From: Callorhinchus milii
Lineage: Eukaryota
Direction of reading: 5' to 3'
Assembly: GCF_018977255.1 (NCBI RefSeq)
Contig: NW_024704742.1
Coordinates: 134,108,001 to 134,172,000 of the forward strand
DNA: 64,000 nt
Part shown: positions 34,714 to 49,700 of the stretch, in pieces
How the letters are laid out: the number at the start of each line of letters is the position of its first letter
Numbering within the stretch: the first letter of the stretch is position 1
Made by a program: the position numbers and the translations under genes
Notes under the pieces: model-generated
The model's database searches: none
Told to the model about the DNA's origin: nothing
What the model saw: only the letters and a program-made list of their open reading frames with translations

Positions 34714-37700
34714 CTGCAGGGAGGAAAAAAGAGAATTAAAATCATTTGTAAATTTTCTAAAAACAAAATTTGCCGTCTAATTTATTGGTGGTGGGGGGGA
34801 GGGAGGCTGGAGGAGAGGCTGGTGGGGGTGGGGGGGTGGGGTGTGGATGGTAAATAGGAGGTGGGAAAAGTGGTGCAAGGAGGAGACAGAATGAAGCGCA
34901 GGGGGTATGAGGTTATCCACAATTGGGCACAACACTGTCCAACAAACAGTCGTGGTTTGAGTGACCACATTTATTTGAGTGGGGGGGGGGCGAGCGATTA
35001 TTACCCTTAGCTAGCGATCTGCCAATCAATTAATAACCGGGTTCCTACTTATTGGTAAACAGAGGCAGGCGGAGTAAGGAAACTTGCCTTAAGTTTTACC
35101 CTACCCAGGAATTGAACCCAGATCCTCTCACTTGCGAGGCAAGCTAACCACTATGCTACAGGACTCCACGTTTTGATGTGATGAAATGTCTACCAAATTC
35201 AAGGGTTATTGTCTTACATGCTGTAGAGCTCCTGGGCCGCACAAGGGTTTACAAAGCCTCTCAATGTGAGTAGAGTTGAACAAGGGGCTCGCTGAGGCCG
35301 TGAGACTCACTCACCATGTTGATGTCTGTGTAATGAAGTAGAGTCTCTTGCAGTCCGTTATAGATGTCTATGACAGCAGGGTGCACTAGATAGCAGGCGT
35401 AGCTGAGGTTGGCGAGTGGGACCCACACCCTGCACGACAGCAAGCTTCTAACAAACCCTGGGGGGTGGGGAGAGGGGTGGGGAGAGGGAGAATAAATACA
35501 AGTTAAACCCTAAACAACTCACCCTGGCTTTCAACTACAATATTCAAATTATCACAGTAAAGGTAGGTGTTAGCCTGGCTCAGTAGGTAGCAATCAGAGG
35601 ATTGTGGGTTCGAGCCCCACATAGGTACTTTGAACTCATCGTCTAACTGACACCAATGCAGTGCTGGGGGAGCAGTCATTCGGTCTAATAATACAGTCAA
35701 TTCACTTTACAGTATATTCTATAAAGCGCTTTGAGACGTCTCAATTATGTGATTAGGTGCTATATCAAATCCAAGGATTATTATTAATAAGATTTATATA
35801 CAAAAATATTAACAATTGCTTGCATTTGATATGACGACTTGCATTTATTTATCCCCCTTCGCATAGGGTAATGTCTCAGATCGCTGGTTTCACGTGGGGT
35901 TTGGGGGAAATGTCTCAAAGCGCTTCACAGGATATACTGTAAAGTTTGAGGCAATTATCACAAGGACGTGTTATGAATCATCTCAAATCTCACACCAAAT
36001 TTTCATCACTAAATGACAGAGCTTCTGTTTCTGCATTGTGTGTATGTTTTCCCCCATGTAACATTCTCCCCCTATCACACCCCCATCTCCCACCCAGCTC
36101 AGGCTCCCGCTCCATTTCTATCTAACATGTTGAGTTCACACGTCCCTTCATGAAATTAGTTCACTTTCCATGGCACTATTCGCAAAGAGGAGCAAGTTTA
36201 TAATATTATAATAACAATCCTTGCATTTCATGTAGCGCCTTATCACGTCTTCACAGGCTACACTGTAAAGTGGATTGACTGTGTATTTTATGGAAGAAAT
36301 GTGGCAACCAATTGCTTTTTTCTCAGTGTCCTGGCCAACAATACAGTCAATGCGCTTTATATTAAATCATTTGAAGCACTTTGAGACATCTTCTGGTCAT
36401 AAAAACCAGAACAGTTTGTATAAAAACAAACAGCTGTATAAAATGGAAGGATTATTATTTTTAAGTTACACTAGTGAGCTCCCTGTCTCAAATCTTTCTG
36501 TCTTGAAATCCTACTTTGTCCGAGCCTACGGTCACCTACCCATTTCCTTTCCACCTCGGTCAGTGTCTACCCCACCACTGTGCAGTGCTCCAAGACTCTA
36601 CTCTGTGTGAAGGGCACTGTATAAATACAAGCTGTTGTTGTTAAAATACTCTTTGGAATTCCATCCCACAGTCTGTTTGCCTCACCCCCTCCATTGCCTC
36701 CTTCAAGACCTGTCTCAAGACCCTCCTCATCAACAGTGCCTTCAGTTACATTCCTACCTCTACCCTCCCTGCCCTCCACCCCAACTGATCCCAACCCCCA
36801 GTTCGGGTCCCAATGACTTGACTTTCCAGAGCCTTGGGACGTTCTCCCAAAGTGAAAGGCGCTATACAAATGTAATTTGTTGTTGTTGAATCAAAGTCCA
36901 AATGTGTTTTGCGACTCTAAGAACACAATACCTCCATATCCTTCTTCGCACGCCAGGATTATCCAGCCCACAGAGGCCGCCCACACCGACCTGTGCAAAG
37001 CCTGATACAACACAGAGACCACTGAGTAGGAAGCAATGGAGTCATCCAGGGTGTAGCCCAGAGCTATCACCACCGCCATGATTAGCAGAGCACAGAGCCA
37101 TCCCACAAGGACAGGAACCTGGAAAAGAAAGCTATGCTCAGCTGATATTAAGAGAATTTGTGTGTCAGCCTGGCACAGTGGTAGCCCTCTCTTCTCTGAA
37201 TCAGAAAGTTGTGGGTTCAAATCCCACATTGGGACTTGAACTCACATAGTCACCAAGCTCCGTGAATCTATCACTCCCATCCTTGCCCGCTTCCACTGAC
37301 TCCCCATCCCTCAGAGGATAGAGTTCAAAATCCTTGTCCTCACTTTCAAAGCCCTTCCTGACCTTGTTCCTTGTTACCTCTGTAACCTGCTAACCCCATA
37401 CATGCCTGTCCTCTCCCTCCACTCAGCAGGCTCCCTGATTGCTCCATGTCCCCTACCTGTCCCACTCCTCCATCAGTGGTTGGGCCTTCAGCTTCCCTGT
37501 CACCATCGTTTGAAACTCCATCCCACAATCCCTTTACCTCGCTCCCTCCCTTGCCTCCTTCAAAGCCTGTCTCGCACCCTCCTCTTCAAATATGCCTTTG
37601 GTCACCCTTCCACCACTTACCTGCCCTGCCCTCCATCCCTCCTGATCCCAACTCCCTGCTGACTTCCAAATCCCTGCCTGTCCAGCGCCTTGGGATGTCC

Positions 37701-40700
37701 TCCGACCTGAAAGGCGCTATAAAAATATAATCTGTTGTTGTTTGGAACCTCGGCCACAGGGGTGTATTGAAGATCTCTCTCCAAAAGCTGTAACAACTCA
37801 AACACGCTCTTGCTACGAGTTGAATACCTTCGTTGTCAACAATGGTGTCTCTCTGCGATGCATTAAAATGCCCAACAGGATTCCAATCAAAAATGGGCCG
37901 TAGCGACAGTAAGGCTTCAGATAGTACTGCACGTTGTAGACCCTGTGTGATATCAGCCTGCAAATAAAAGGTATCCATTATTTAACAACAACAACTTGCA
38001 TTCATATAAAGGCCATCATGTGTTATGTGTTTGTCTCGTGAGTCAGCCTGGCTCACCAATTAAATTTGGTCAATCACTTCCAGGCTGTTTGTGGGACATT
38101 GTTGTGCAGAAATTATCTGCCATGTTCGCCAAAAAATACTCTGTCACTATGCTTTACAGTAAATACTATGAAGCGCTTTAAGCCGCCTCCTGACGTGAAA
38201 GGTATGTATGAAAAGCACAGATTATTAATATGACTATAACATTTGTGATAATTGTCACAAGGAGACCTGTTAACACGTCACAAGTTTAATCTCTATGGGT
38301 AAGTTTCCCCATTCATTCCGAGTCAAAAATAGGCTGTACAATGTCCAGAGGTGAAGCTGTAGTGGTAAAATCAGGTGCCTACCTGCTGTCTGAGTGAAGT
38401 CCTATTGGCAACTTAAAGAACCACGAGATCAATGCAGTGACCATAAAACAGCTCAACAAGACAAGCCCAGCCAGTGTGACCATCAGCTGTCTTCTCCTGG
38501 ACACAGATACATGCAAGAAAACATTAGAGCAAGAGGACGCAGATTTAGAGTTGTAATGGGCAATTTCAGAGCAGATATGTTTTTCTTTACGCACAGGGTA
38601 AATCACTGGTAAATCTAAGTCATTGTGACTCTGACATTGACTGTTAGCAATATGTTTCCAGTTAATATAGTAGATAAGAGGGATCATATGTCCAGGGTTC
38701 TGAGCCTCCAAATCCAACTCGTCTTAGACTGTGAGTCCGTTTTGCCTAAGCGCAGATTTGTGGAAAATTCTTAAATTGAATCTTAATTTAGAAGGCTTTC
38801 TGTTAAAAAAACACCAATGAAGAAAAATTGAGCCAAAATGCAACAAGCACACAACAGTCCCACACAACAAATCCCTAATCCCTGACTGTTCAGCACGTTG
38901 GGACATCCTCCCGACGTGAAAAGCGGGAGTAATTTTGTATTGTATTTGTATTGTAATGACTCCTTGTAATGCAACAGTAAATAATCACACTCACTTGTAC
39001 AGCAGGAAGATGAATACAGGTGTTGTAATGTAAAACTGGAAATCATTTGCAAGGTACCACGTCCAGCCCATGCACTGTAAGCACAGATTAGTCATTGAGT
39101 GAGATATAGCTATTAAACATTAATATGAAGCAGCATGTCCCACAAACAGTCATGAAGCGAGTGACCAATTTTATTTGGTGGACTGTTGACCAGGACACCG
39201 GGAGAAACTCCCTTCTCTTTACGAATAGTGTCATGAGCTCTTCAATGTCAACCTGCACAGGCAGATGGGACCTCGGTTTAATGTCTCATCCAAAGGACGG
39301 CACCTCCAACAATGCAACACACCCAGCACTGCATTGGAGTGTCAGCTGTGATTCCAATGTGGAGTCCTGTAGCTCAGTGGTTAGAGCACTCACCTTGCAA
39401 GCAAGAGACCTGGGTTTGATTCCCAGTAGGACGAAACCCTGGGTAAGTTTCCTCGCTCCACATGCCTGATAATACTTCCTCAAGAAAAAAAATTAATAAA
39501 TTGGTCACTTCAATCCACAACTCTTTGTGGGACACTGCTGTGTGCAATTGGCTGCCACATTTCGCCCACAAATATACAGTCAATTCACTTTACAGTATAT
39601 TCTGTGAAGTGCTTTGAGACATCTAGAAGGCATGAAAAGTGTGAAAAGCACGATATCAAATGCAAGGATTATTATTATTATTTAACAACCTTCTAACTCT
39701 AGAGTGGCGAGAGTGGTGCCAGTGCTCCAAGCTGAGAAATGCAAGTTGTTGTATTCCAATTGTAAGTATTATTACAAGGGAAATGCTAAATACACTGACT
39801 TTCCTATAAAGAAGGGACCTACATGCTGGTCAACAGAGATGAAGTTGTTCAGGAATAAGAGGTTGGTCCACCAGGACTGCTTGCACTTCTCCAGGTGAGA
39901 CTTTGAATTTTCTCCCACGGACCTCCAGGGAATAAGAGAGTAGAGTCCAATCAATAAGCACATTGTGTACAGGTAGAGTGGCAGAATTCTGGAAGTAAAA
40001 GAGTGGAAAGAAAACATATGCTTATTATTAGTAAGCAGCTGTACCCATTGCAGCTACGCTTGCAATGAAAGCATCCAATATGGAATGTAGATTGACAGAC
40101 GCACAGACGCACATTTCATCTTTATCTATACTCATCTGGGAGGACTAGTGTGGGAGGACTCCTTTTCGGAGGACTCAGTGGGAAGACTCAGCGCTTTAAA
40201 AATGTAATTTTGTTGCTGTTGCCCCGGCTTAGCTTCGTCTGTGTTTTTTATTTTGTTCCGCCGCATTTTGGCTACGTGCGTGCTCTGTGACCCAGGATCC
40301 CACAGCGCCATGGTCGACCGGCGTGGGCACCAGGTGTAACTGAGTGCGTGCGTACATACATAGATGCTCTGTGACACACAATGCTACAGCACCACTTTGA
40401 CTCAGCGGCAATCAGGTGTAACTGCAGCAAAAAATGCAAAACTGAAATAACTCATGAATGATAGGAGATACCCAAAAACAAATATGCCCATGTCACTCCT
40501 AGTTGCAAGACTTTTACGATGAGATATAAATCATGTCTCTGCGTCAATCAGTTATTAAGATCCTTCTTGAAGCGCAGCCAGACATTGTCGTTTCATTAGT
40601 ATAGAAGAAGATAATAATAACTTGCATATGACACACTGCTCTGTTACATCAGGAAAAATGTCTCAAAGTGCTTCACAGGATATACCGTAAAATGTTGTGA

Positions 40701-43700
40701 CTATGGGGAAACACAGCAGCCAATTTGCGCAAAGCAATGCCCCATAAACAACTGTGAAGTGAATGATCAATTTTATTTGATGACTGCTGGCCAGGCCATC
40801 GGAAAAAAATCCCTTTTGCTACAGGATCATTAATGTCCACCTAAATATTAACTTGTGGAATTCTGTAGCGTAGGGTTAAGTTCGCTCGCCTCACAAGCGA
40901 GAGGACCCAGGTCGATTCCCAGGCAGGGCGAAACCTCTTACTCCACACGCCTCTGTTTACCTATCAGTAGGTAGGGACCCAGTTGTTCGTCGATTGGCAG
41001 ATTGTTTCCTGGGAGTAATAATCCCTCCCTCCTAAAAAAAATCCGTCAGTCAAACCACAACTGTTTGTGGGTCAATGCTGTATGCAATTGGCTGCCACAT
41101 TTCACCCACAAAATGCACAGTCAATCCACTTTACAATATATTCTGTGAAGCACTTTGAGACGTCTCAACAACCTGAGAAGGGGCATATAAAATGCAAGTA
41201 TTATTATTATTGTTGTGAAGCAGTGCATCCCCCACCCCTGCACTGTATTAAAGTGTGAGCTTAGTCGATGTGAGTTCCAAAGTACTGATGTGGGGCTTGA
41301 ACCACCAACCTTCTGACTCGGAGGCGAGTGTGTTACTGATTGAGCCAGGATGGAGAGAAGAAAGAAGCTCCATCACAGTCACCAATCAAGTGTGCTGCAT
41401 ACATTGGTTAGCCAAAGGTTGACACCCCAGACCTGACACCGTGGGTCACTCTGATTAGAAGATCTTTAGTAAGACGCCACAAGCAGATCAGCACCAACAG
41501 GTATCTTGATCTAAGATGACAGGTCCGCCTACTGTTGTCAGAAGCTCTTTTTGTGACCTATCCTTGCGATAATTATTTTCATTAACAGCATTAATTTTAC
41601 ATTGCATTGACCTGACTCATTTACAGTACTCCTTGCAGGTGGGGGGAGGGGGTGTGGAGGGGGGGGGGGGGGGCTCTCAAGGGGCTTCAGTGACTGTGTG
41701 TTTTGTGGGCGAATGTGGCCGACAATTTTCACCCAGTATTATCCCACAAACAGCCACAAAGTGAATGATCAATTTTACCTGTGGGATTGTTGGCCAGCAC
41801 ACCGGGAGAAACTCCCATCTCTTTTGGGTTGTGCCACGGGATATTTGAGGTCCACCTCAGTAGGCAGACAGGGCCTTTGTTTTACAACTCATCAGAAGGA
41901 CAGCGTCTCCGACAACACACCCTCAGCTCCTCACCGGAGAGCCAGCCTAGACAAGGAATCTCAAGTCTTGATGTGTGGGGAGTGAACCCATCACCTTCTG
42001 ACACAGAATTGAGAGTGCTACCAACTGAGCCACAATGACGGCGAGCTATACTTATTTATGAAACATTGAAATGCACACCAAAGTTCCCACAAACAGTCAC
42101 ATTTTTAAAAAAACATGGTCACTCAATCCACAACTGTTTGTGGGATGCTGCTGTGCGCAATTAATTGGCTGCCACATTTTGCCCACAAAATACCGTTTCT
42201 TTATTCTTGGCAGACGCTGTGCAATGTATTCTGTGAAGCACGTTAAGACGTCTCAATGATGTGATAAGGCACTATCAAATGCAAGGATTATTATTATTAT
42301 TTAACAGTGAATCCTGTGACGTGTTTTGATATGCCTCGATGACGTGATGAGGCGCAATGTCAAATGCAAGCATTAGTATTAACTGCTTAAACAAATTAAA
42401 TTTACTAAACAGCTACTTACCTCTGTAGCCTTTTAATCACATAATCCCTTAGAATTCTGAAGCTTAGTCCTTCCCTGGATCGATCGCTCATGTTTAAAAG
42501 CGTTCTTGCGCTTAACAAACCACTGGAAAAGATAGAGTCAAGCAAACCATAGAAATTTACAGCACAGAAGAAGGCCATTCATCGATCGTGATTGTAGTGT
42601 AATCTGCAACTTTGGAAATATTATTTCGTAAATAAAGTTGTTTTTTACAAAACTGTTGTTTAAACGTTAGCAAGTATTCATAGCATTAAAATGAGGAGGA
42701 CCATAATATTGATAATACAGCACTTTAACATGTCGAAATATCTTAAAGTGCTTCACAGACTTTTACTGTAAAGTGTAGTGACTGTGTATTTGTAGCTCCT
42801 GTTAACCCTGCAAGCCAAAGCACTAATGGTGGTCCAACCTGGACAAGCAGTGGGGAAGCTTGCCAGACAGTGCTCACAGTGGCAAGCTATACGGTTTTAG
42901 CTGGTTAGACTCCAGCAGCACCACGACACGCACTCTTAAGTTCCCAAGACTGAGTACTTGCCAACCTGTGCCAAATACTCTCCGGAATCAGGTAAGCAGG
43001 ACCCATCCCTCCGGGGAGGAAGAGTGTGCATTCTATTCCAATACACAGGAATTTCCACAAATAGGTGAGATACATGGAGATCTCAGTCTAGTTTAGATAC
43101 CCTAAAGCACAGTGATGGGTTCCTGCAGGACAGACACCCATCTGAGCCAAAACATACTAACCACACTAGTGAACTCTTACCAGTTGTGTTTCACAGGTTA
43201 TCGGGTGATGTGAAAGGTCGAGGAAGATGATGAGGGAGTGAGAACATGCTTTGCAGTCACACAGGATACTAGCCTCTGAGAAAATATTGGTTCAAACCCT
43301 AGATCAGGACTTTGAATCCACACAGTCTATTACTAGGGGAGCACTGCATTGTCGGAGGTGCCATCTTTCGGGTAAGATGTTAAAGATGTCTCGTCTGTCT
43401 GTTCAGGTGGAAGTTAAAGATCCCATGGTATCCTGGCCAAAAATCCCCAGATGAAATTGGTCGTTCACTTCATGGCTGTTAATGGGACATTGCTGTGTGC
43501 AAAATTGCTGTGCTGCATTCACCCACAAAAATGCAGTCACTACACTTTACAGTGAATCCTGCCAAGTACTACGACACATCCTCCTGATGTGAAAGGCATC
43601 ACACCAAATACAAGGATGATGATGATTTTTCTTATTAATATTATTATTAATAATATTAATGATTATTATTAATTTATTATTAATAATAATAATAAAGCAA

Positions 43701-46700
43701 ATAATCCAAGCTCTTCTCTGTTCAGCAACTGTACCATGTTATGTGCACGTTATGTGTCCTCTAACTTACCTAATTAGAAAGAAGGTATCGACTGCTAAAT
43801 AGAAAGGTCCACCCAGGGAAACAATGTAAAACACATTGTTTGGGATCGTCCTCAACCACTCTAAAGGATTATCTGGAAAAAAAGGAAAGAACTATTTTAA
43901 GAGTTTATTCTTAATACACAATTGAACCAGCAATATGGATATTCTGGTCTATAAGTAAACTTGTATGATATTATTGTTGTAAACTCAGGTGAGGAAATAA
44001 CCCTCACCTTAATGAGAACAAAATCCATCGGGGAGTGGGGAGAACATTATAAAGAGTAAGTATAAATGATATATAGATTTACATGCCTATAATGCCAAAC
44101 ATCTCAAAGGTAATTCAAATATCAGGAAGCAATTTTTCACGCAAAGGGTAGTGGAAATCTATAACTCTCTCCACCAAAAGGCTGGGGATGCTGCACATTT
44201 TCAAGACTGAGGTAGATGAAGATATCAGGGGATATGGGGCAAAGGCGGGTAATTGGAGTTGAGGTACAGATCAGCCATGATCTTATAGAATGGCGGAAGC
44301 TCGAGGGGCTGAACAGCCTACTCCTGTTCCTATGTTCCTAGTTGCTGTCAACAACAACTTAGATTGATATAGCGCCCTTCACGTAGGAAGTGCTTTAGAT
44401 TGGATCCTGAGCAAAGGAGAGGGAGAGGTAGCCATTGGCATGTTTGAAGAGGTGGGATTTGACACTGGACTTAAAAAGCAGAAAGAGAGGGAGTTACCAT
44501 TCTGTTGTTAAGTGAAATGATCCCTATAGAACAAACGTGGCAGTCAATTTGCATGCAGGAAAGTGCCAAATCACAGCTGCAGAGTGAATGATCGGTTAGC
44601 TCTAGAGGATTGTTGATCCGAACATCCTCCTTTCTCTTTCCCAATAGTGCTGAGTGTTCCTGGAGTTTCCCGCAGTGTAGTGGTTAAAGCATTCGCCTAG
44701 CAATCGATTCCCAGGCGGGGTGAAACTTTAGGCAAGTTTCCTTACTCCACCCGCCACTGTTTACGTAGCTGTAAGTAGGAACCCGGTTGTTAATCGATTG
44801 GCGTAACACTTTCCGGGGATAGTAACCTCTCAAAAGAAATGTGGTCACTCAATCCGCAACTGTTTGTGGACATTGCTGTGTGCAATTGGCTGCCACATTT
44901 TGCCCACAAAATACGCAATGAATTCACTTTACAGTATATTCTATGAAGCACTTTGTGACGTCTTAACGACGCGATGAGGAGCTATATCAAATGCAAGGAT
45001 CATCATCATTATAATAATTACACGAGGACAAGTAATGCAGGCTAACGTCACCTACCGTACCTAAGTTATTGAATAAAATAAACTGGCACATGTGTCCTGA
45101 GATTATCCAGAGGAGACTCAGGACTCGAATCCCATTTATCACAGAGTAGCTGCCCGTGGATGTCTCAGTGGACAGCACAGAAGGGACACTCTTTTGTATG
45201 GCAAAGCATGTTAACATCCAGTCGAAAACCTCTGCAGCAGCTAAACAACATGAGAGAACAAATTAAAGAGAGCATCCTTAAGGTCAGAAATTTACAGCAG
45301 CTATAAACGGTATTTCATTGTTCTAATTTTTTGTCCTTTCCCCCCTCCCCCAACCATAAAATATTCACTTTAAAAGTGGTTTTAAATTGTATGTTTTTTT
45401 GCACACCTCACTCCTCACCCTGGAGGGCCCCACCCCACCTATCTAATTCTAGAGAGTATTCGCTGCAGGTTGGCAAGAGCCAAGGCTTCAGGGGAGTCAC
45501 ACCACAGAATGTCCGTTGAGGTAACTGCTAAAGCCTAAACAGCTAAAAACTGCATAGCTTCCCATTGAGAGCACTGTCTGGCAACCTTTCTTGCTGCTTA
45601 TCCAGCCAGGACTTCCCTGCCCATTAGGGCTTTGGCTTGCAGGGTTACCAGGAGTTGAGTGGGATGATTCCCTGCCCCAAATGACTGGTCTGCCCTTCTT
45701 CTTCTGCTTCTTCTGCTTCTTCTGCTTCTTCTTCTTCTTCTTCTTCTTCTTCTTCTTCTTCTGCTGTCCGTCAGGTTGGTTGTGCTGCCATCAGCGGTGC
45801 TCTGGAATACTGCAGATCCGCTTGGCTCAGGAACCGGATTACCGAGACCACCAAAGAGGGTGGGCTCAATTCTGAATTTTTCTATTGCCAAACATGTCAC
45901 CTTGGAGTCAGTTCAACTGTAAGGGGATCTTGCTTACCTGGTTTGCATGTTAAGGTATCATTAAGGCTGATGTTCAATACCGTCTTGAAATGGTCTTATT
46001 TATTGTTTTGTATGGCAATGGAAAAGGGAGTATGTTTTTTTTAGGAAAAAGCTGGAAATTTATCACCAAAATTCCTTACAAATATTGCATTAACTTAAAC
46101 CTTTCCTTCCCCTTCTGTCTTCTCCCTTTCTTGTTATCCCATTTCCTGTGAAGCATTCTGAGACATTACCCCTGTGGAGTCCTGTAGCTCAGTGGTTATT
46201 ATTATTATTATGTGATGGATGCTATGTAAATGCAAGATATAATCATAATAATAATCCTTGCATTCGATGTAGCACCTTTCACGTTGAGGGGAACTCAAAG
46301 TGCTTCACAGGATTTACTGTAAAGTGCAGTGACTGGGTTTATGGACAAACGTGGCAGCCAATATGCACACAACAATGTCCCATAAATAATAATATAATAC
46401 TACTAATAATAATAGCCACGGAGTGAGTGACCAATTCTATTTTGGGGGGATAGTCAGCACAGTGCAGTGCTCCCCAACACTGCATTGGAGAGTCAGTTTC
46501 GACTGTTCAAGTTCCAAGTTGTTTTATTGTCTTTTTCTTGTTAACCACTGACCAACAGTGGTAGGAATTGATTCTAAACCTCCTGCGTTTTGCAATGCAC
46601 TGGGCGCCAGACTCCAGACATTCTGATTAAAAATAACACGTCTTTTATGAGCCAAAAATTGGTCATTGATAGACTCACGGGGTTGTGGAGCCCTGGTTAA

Positions 46701-49700
46701 TCTAATAATATTGCAACGAGGAAACTGTGTGCTTGTGTGCTTATTTCACCCCCTACCTCCCTCCGTAGTCTCTCAGCCATTTGTTTGTGAGGATGTGACA
46801 GGTCCTGCGATGCTTCCAGTGCCCCCAACCCACGTCAAGCCACACGGTGATAATGGGTTCAGCTATTTAGGGAGGCTTAGTCAGAGCCTAATTAAATCTT
46901 CGAGTGCTATTTTTTGCCCACATCGGTGTATTCTTAGTTATTTATTGATTGCGCTGAGACATATATTTCCGAGGTTTGATTGCCAGCATTTCCCTGAGTT
47001 GGAACCACATTGAGAACTGTGCTGTTTGGAGTCACAGAATCATCACCTTGGGTGACCCTAACACCATTTTATAAATGTACGCTGACAAAAACTTCATCAA
47101 AAGCAAAGGGAATAAAGATTTCATTAAAGCCTGGCCAAGAGGTGTTAGTTGACTCATTGCTCACTGTGTCCAAACAATGTGAGGCAGCAGTGAGGAAACC
47201 AGAAAGAATGCAAAGAGATTGCTTTCAAAGCCCTCCATGGCTTTGCTCCTGTGACCGGCTAACCCCTTACTGGCCTGTCCGCTCCCTCCATTTGGCAGAC
47301 TCCTGCCTGCTCCACATCCCCCGTCATGCCCATCTGACCATCGGTGGTCAGGCCTTTAGCCTCTCTGCCCCCACGCTCTGGAATTCCATCCTAAAGTCCT
47401 TTTGCCTCATCCCCTCCCCTGCCTCCTTCAAGGCCCGTCTCAAGACCTTCCTCTTCGACCTTACCTACGATTACCCTCCTATCTCCTTGCCCTCCACCCC
47501 TCCCGATGCCAACCCCCAACTCAGGTGCAAATATAATTTATTGCTGCTGTTGTTGCTTACATTGCCAAAATGGGTGAGTTCAGACCCCAGATTTCCTGCT
47601 TAAGGTGTAAAGTGCTGTGTATTGTATAGTGTATGTGTGCGTGTCTTTTTTGGGAGGGCGGAGGAGAGCAATGAGGAGAAAACTACGGAGGTAAAGGGGA
47701 AAAGGTAGGTAAATAGGATTTGCTCTTTAAAAGAGACAGCAGAGACGCGATGGGTTGAATGACTTTCTTCAGCGCTATATATTTGTGTGGTTCAATGGCT
47801 GAATCCCAGTGCTGCAGGAGTGAGCTATATAAGGTAAGGAACAACCAAATAATTATAGATAAAGTAATGCGACAGCCTGGCTCATTTAGTAGCACTCACC
47901 ACAATATGCATTGTGTTGCATTGTAGGAGGTACTGTCCTTCGGATGAGACATTAAACCAACTCCCGTCTGCCTGTTCAGGTGGATGTTAAAGATCCCATT
48001 GCACCATTCAAAAAGAGAAGGGAGTTCTTTCTCCCAGTGTCCTGATCAATAATCCCCCAAATACAATTGGTTACTCACTCCATGGCAGTTTGTGGGACAT
48101 TACTGTGAATAACTGACTGCAACATTTCGCTCACAAATTATACAGTCAATCCAATTTACAGTATATTCTGTGAAGCGCTTTGAGACATCTCAATGACATG
48201 ATGCATCATAACAAATGCAACGATAATGATTATGATTATTAAGCATCTAACATGTCAGCATTAATAGTGAAGGAAGAACTTACTTGCTACGCACTTCTTT
48301 TCTCTCCTCTCTGCAGTGTTGGTCTCTAATGTAACACTCACTTCGTGCTTGGATTGTGTGAAGTATTCCTGGGGCTGCTGTCCGACCATTCCAACAAACA
48401 CCACAGCCCCATCGGCCCGGTGACCTGAGTTTAAACCCTCTCTGTGCGTGCTATCTGTCCATCTAATCTTCCATCCCTTCATTTCAATGTAAACTGAGCC
48501 AGCAATGGTCATTGCAATGAACAGAACCACAACAGATCTGTTTAAAGAAATGGACAATGAACCCTTTTCTAGATGGAGCACAGGAGAAGAGAATAACATT
48601 CAGATAACCTTAACGGTGCAGAATGGTGATACATACATACAAACACCCACAAACATGTCGATGCGTGGACTGATGCTGTGGCAGTGTACACTTTTCACTC
48701 CATATGTGGCGTTAGTCACACGAAACAAGGGCATTGGTGAAAATGACAGGAACGACCTGTTCTTGTACTTCAAAATACCTGTCAAAGGATATTTGTTTTA
48801 GGAAAATCCATACCGCCATATTCTCTGGGATGTGCGTCAACTTTCTTAACCATAACAATAACTTGCATTTATAAGGATCCCTTCACCCGGTGTAGCGTCT
48901 TGGAGCGCTTACCACTGGCGGAGCCTGATCCGAGCTAGGGAGAAAGGGGAGGTGACAATAGGCATGGTCGAAGAGGAAGGTGTGATCTGAAGACAGGCAA
49001 GGAAGGAGCAGGGTAGAGGCATTAAGGCAAAGAGTTCCAGAGTTTCGGGTATAGTGGCTCTATATTCGGGGTATAGAGACGTCTAGCATTTATATAGCAC
49101 CTTTCACATCAGGAAGATATCCCAAGGCGCTGGACAGTCAAGGATTTGGACGCGAGCTGGGGGTTGGGATTAGGAGGGATGGAGGGCAGGGGTAGGAGGG
49201 TGACCGAATAATTATTCAATTATGGTTATTATTTTTTATTATTATTACATAACTCTAACACCGCGTTGCATCAGAATAAGCACCTGGCTTACCCAGCTCT
49301 TCAGCCTTGATGACATCCTCATTCTTACATGAACTGGGCATACAAATGGCAACATGAAAGTCAATGCCTCCCTGTTCAAAACAAAGAAATCTAAGTGCAT
49401 TCATTCATTGCAGAACAGAGGAAACATTGTCCGTTGGATGAATCACAGGCGAGTTACCTGCTGAACCTTCAGTTTGCAGTATTGCCCGTTGAAGGAGCCA
49501 GCCGGGGCTCGAGCCGAGATACACTCACTGTAAGACCCCAATTGATCGATGTTCCCATGCAGAATGTTGCTGCCTTGTCTGCCAATCGAATCGTACACTG
49601 CATTTCACAACATGGAGATTTAATAGTAATAGTTCATAATAATAATAATCCTTGCGTTTGATGTAAAGCCTTATCACGTCGTTGAGACGTCGCGAAGCAT

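Noticed and set aside
37586..37978. 130-aa ORF overlapping OACYL exon 12
   Set aside because: It is the wrong frame; the conserved KPYCRYGPF frame is the one consistent with the intron phases.
45591..45900. Poly-Arg (protamine-like) and poly-Phe ORFs
   Set aside because: They derive from a (CTT)n microsatellite within a repeat copy.
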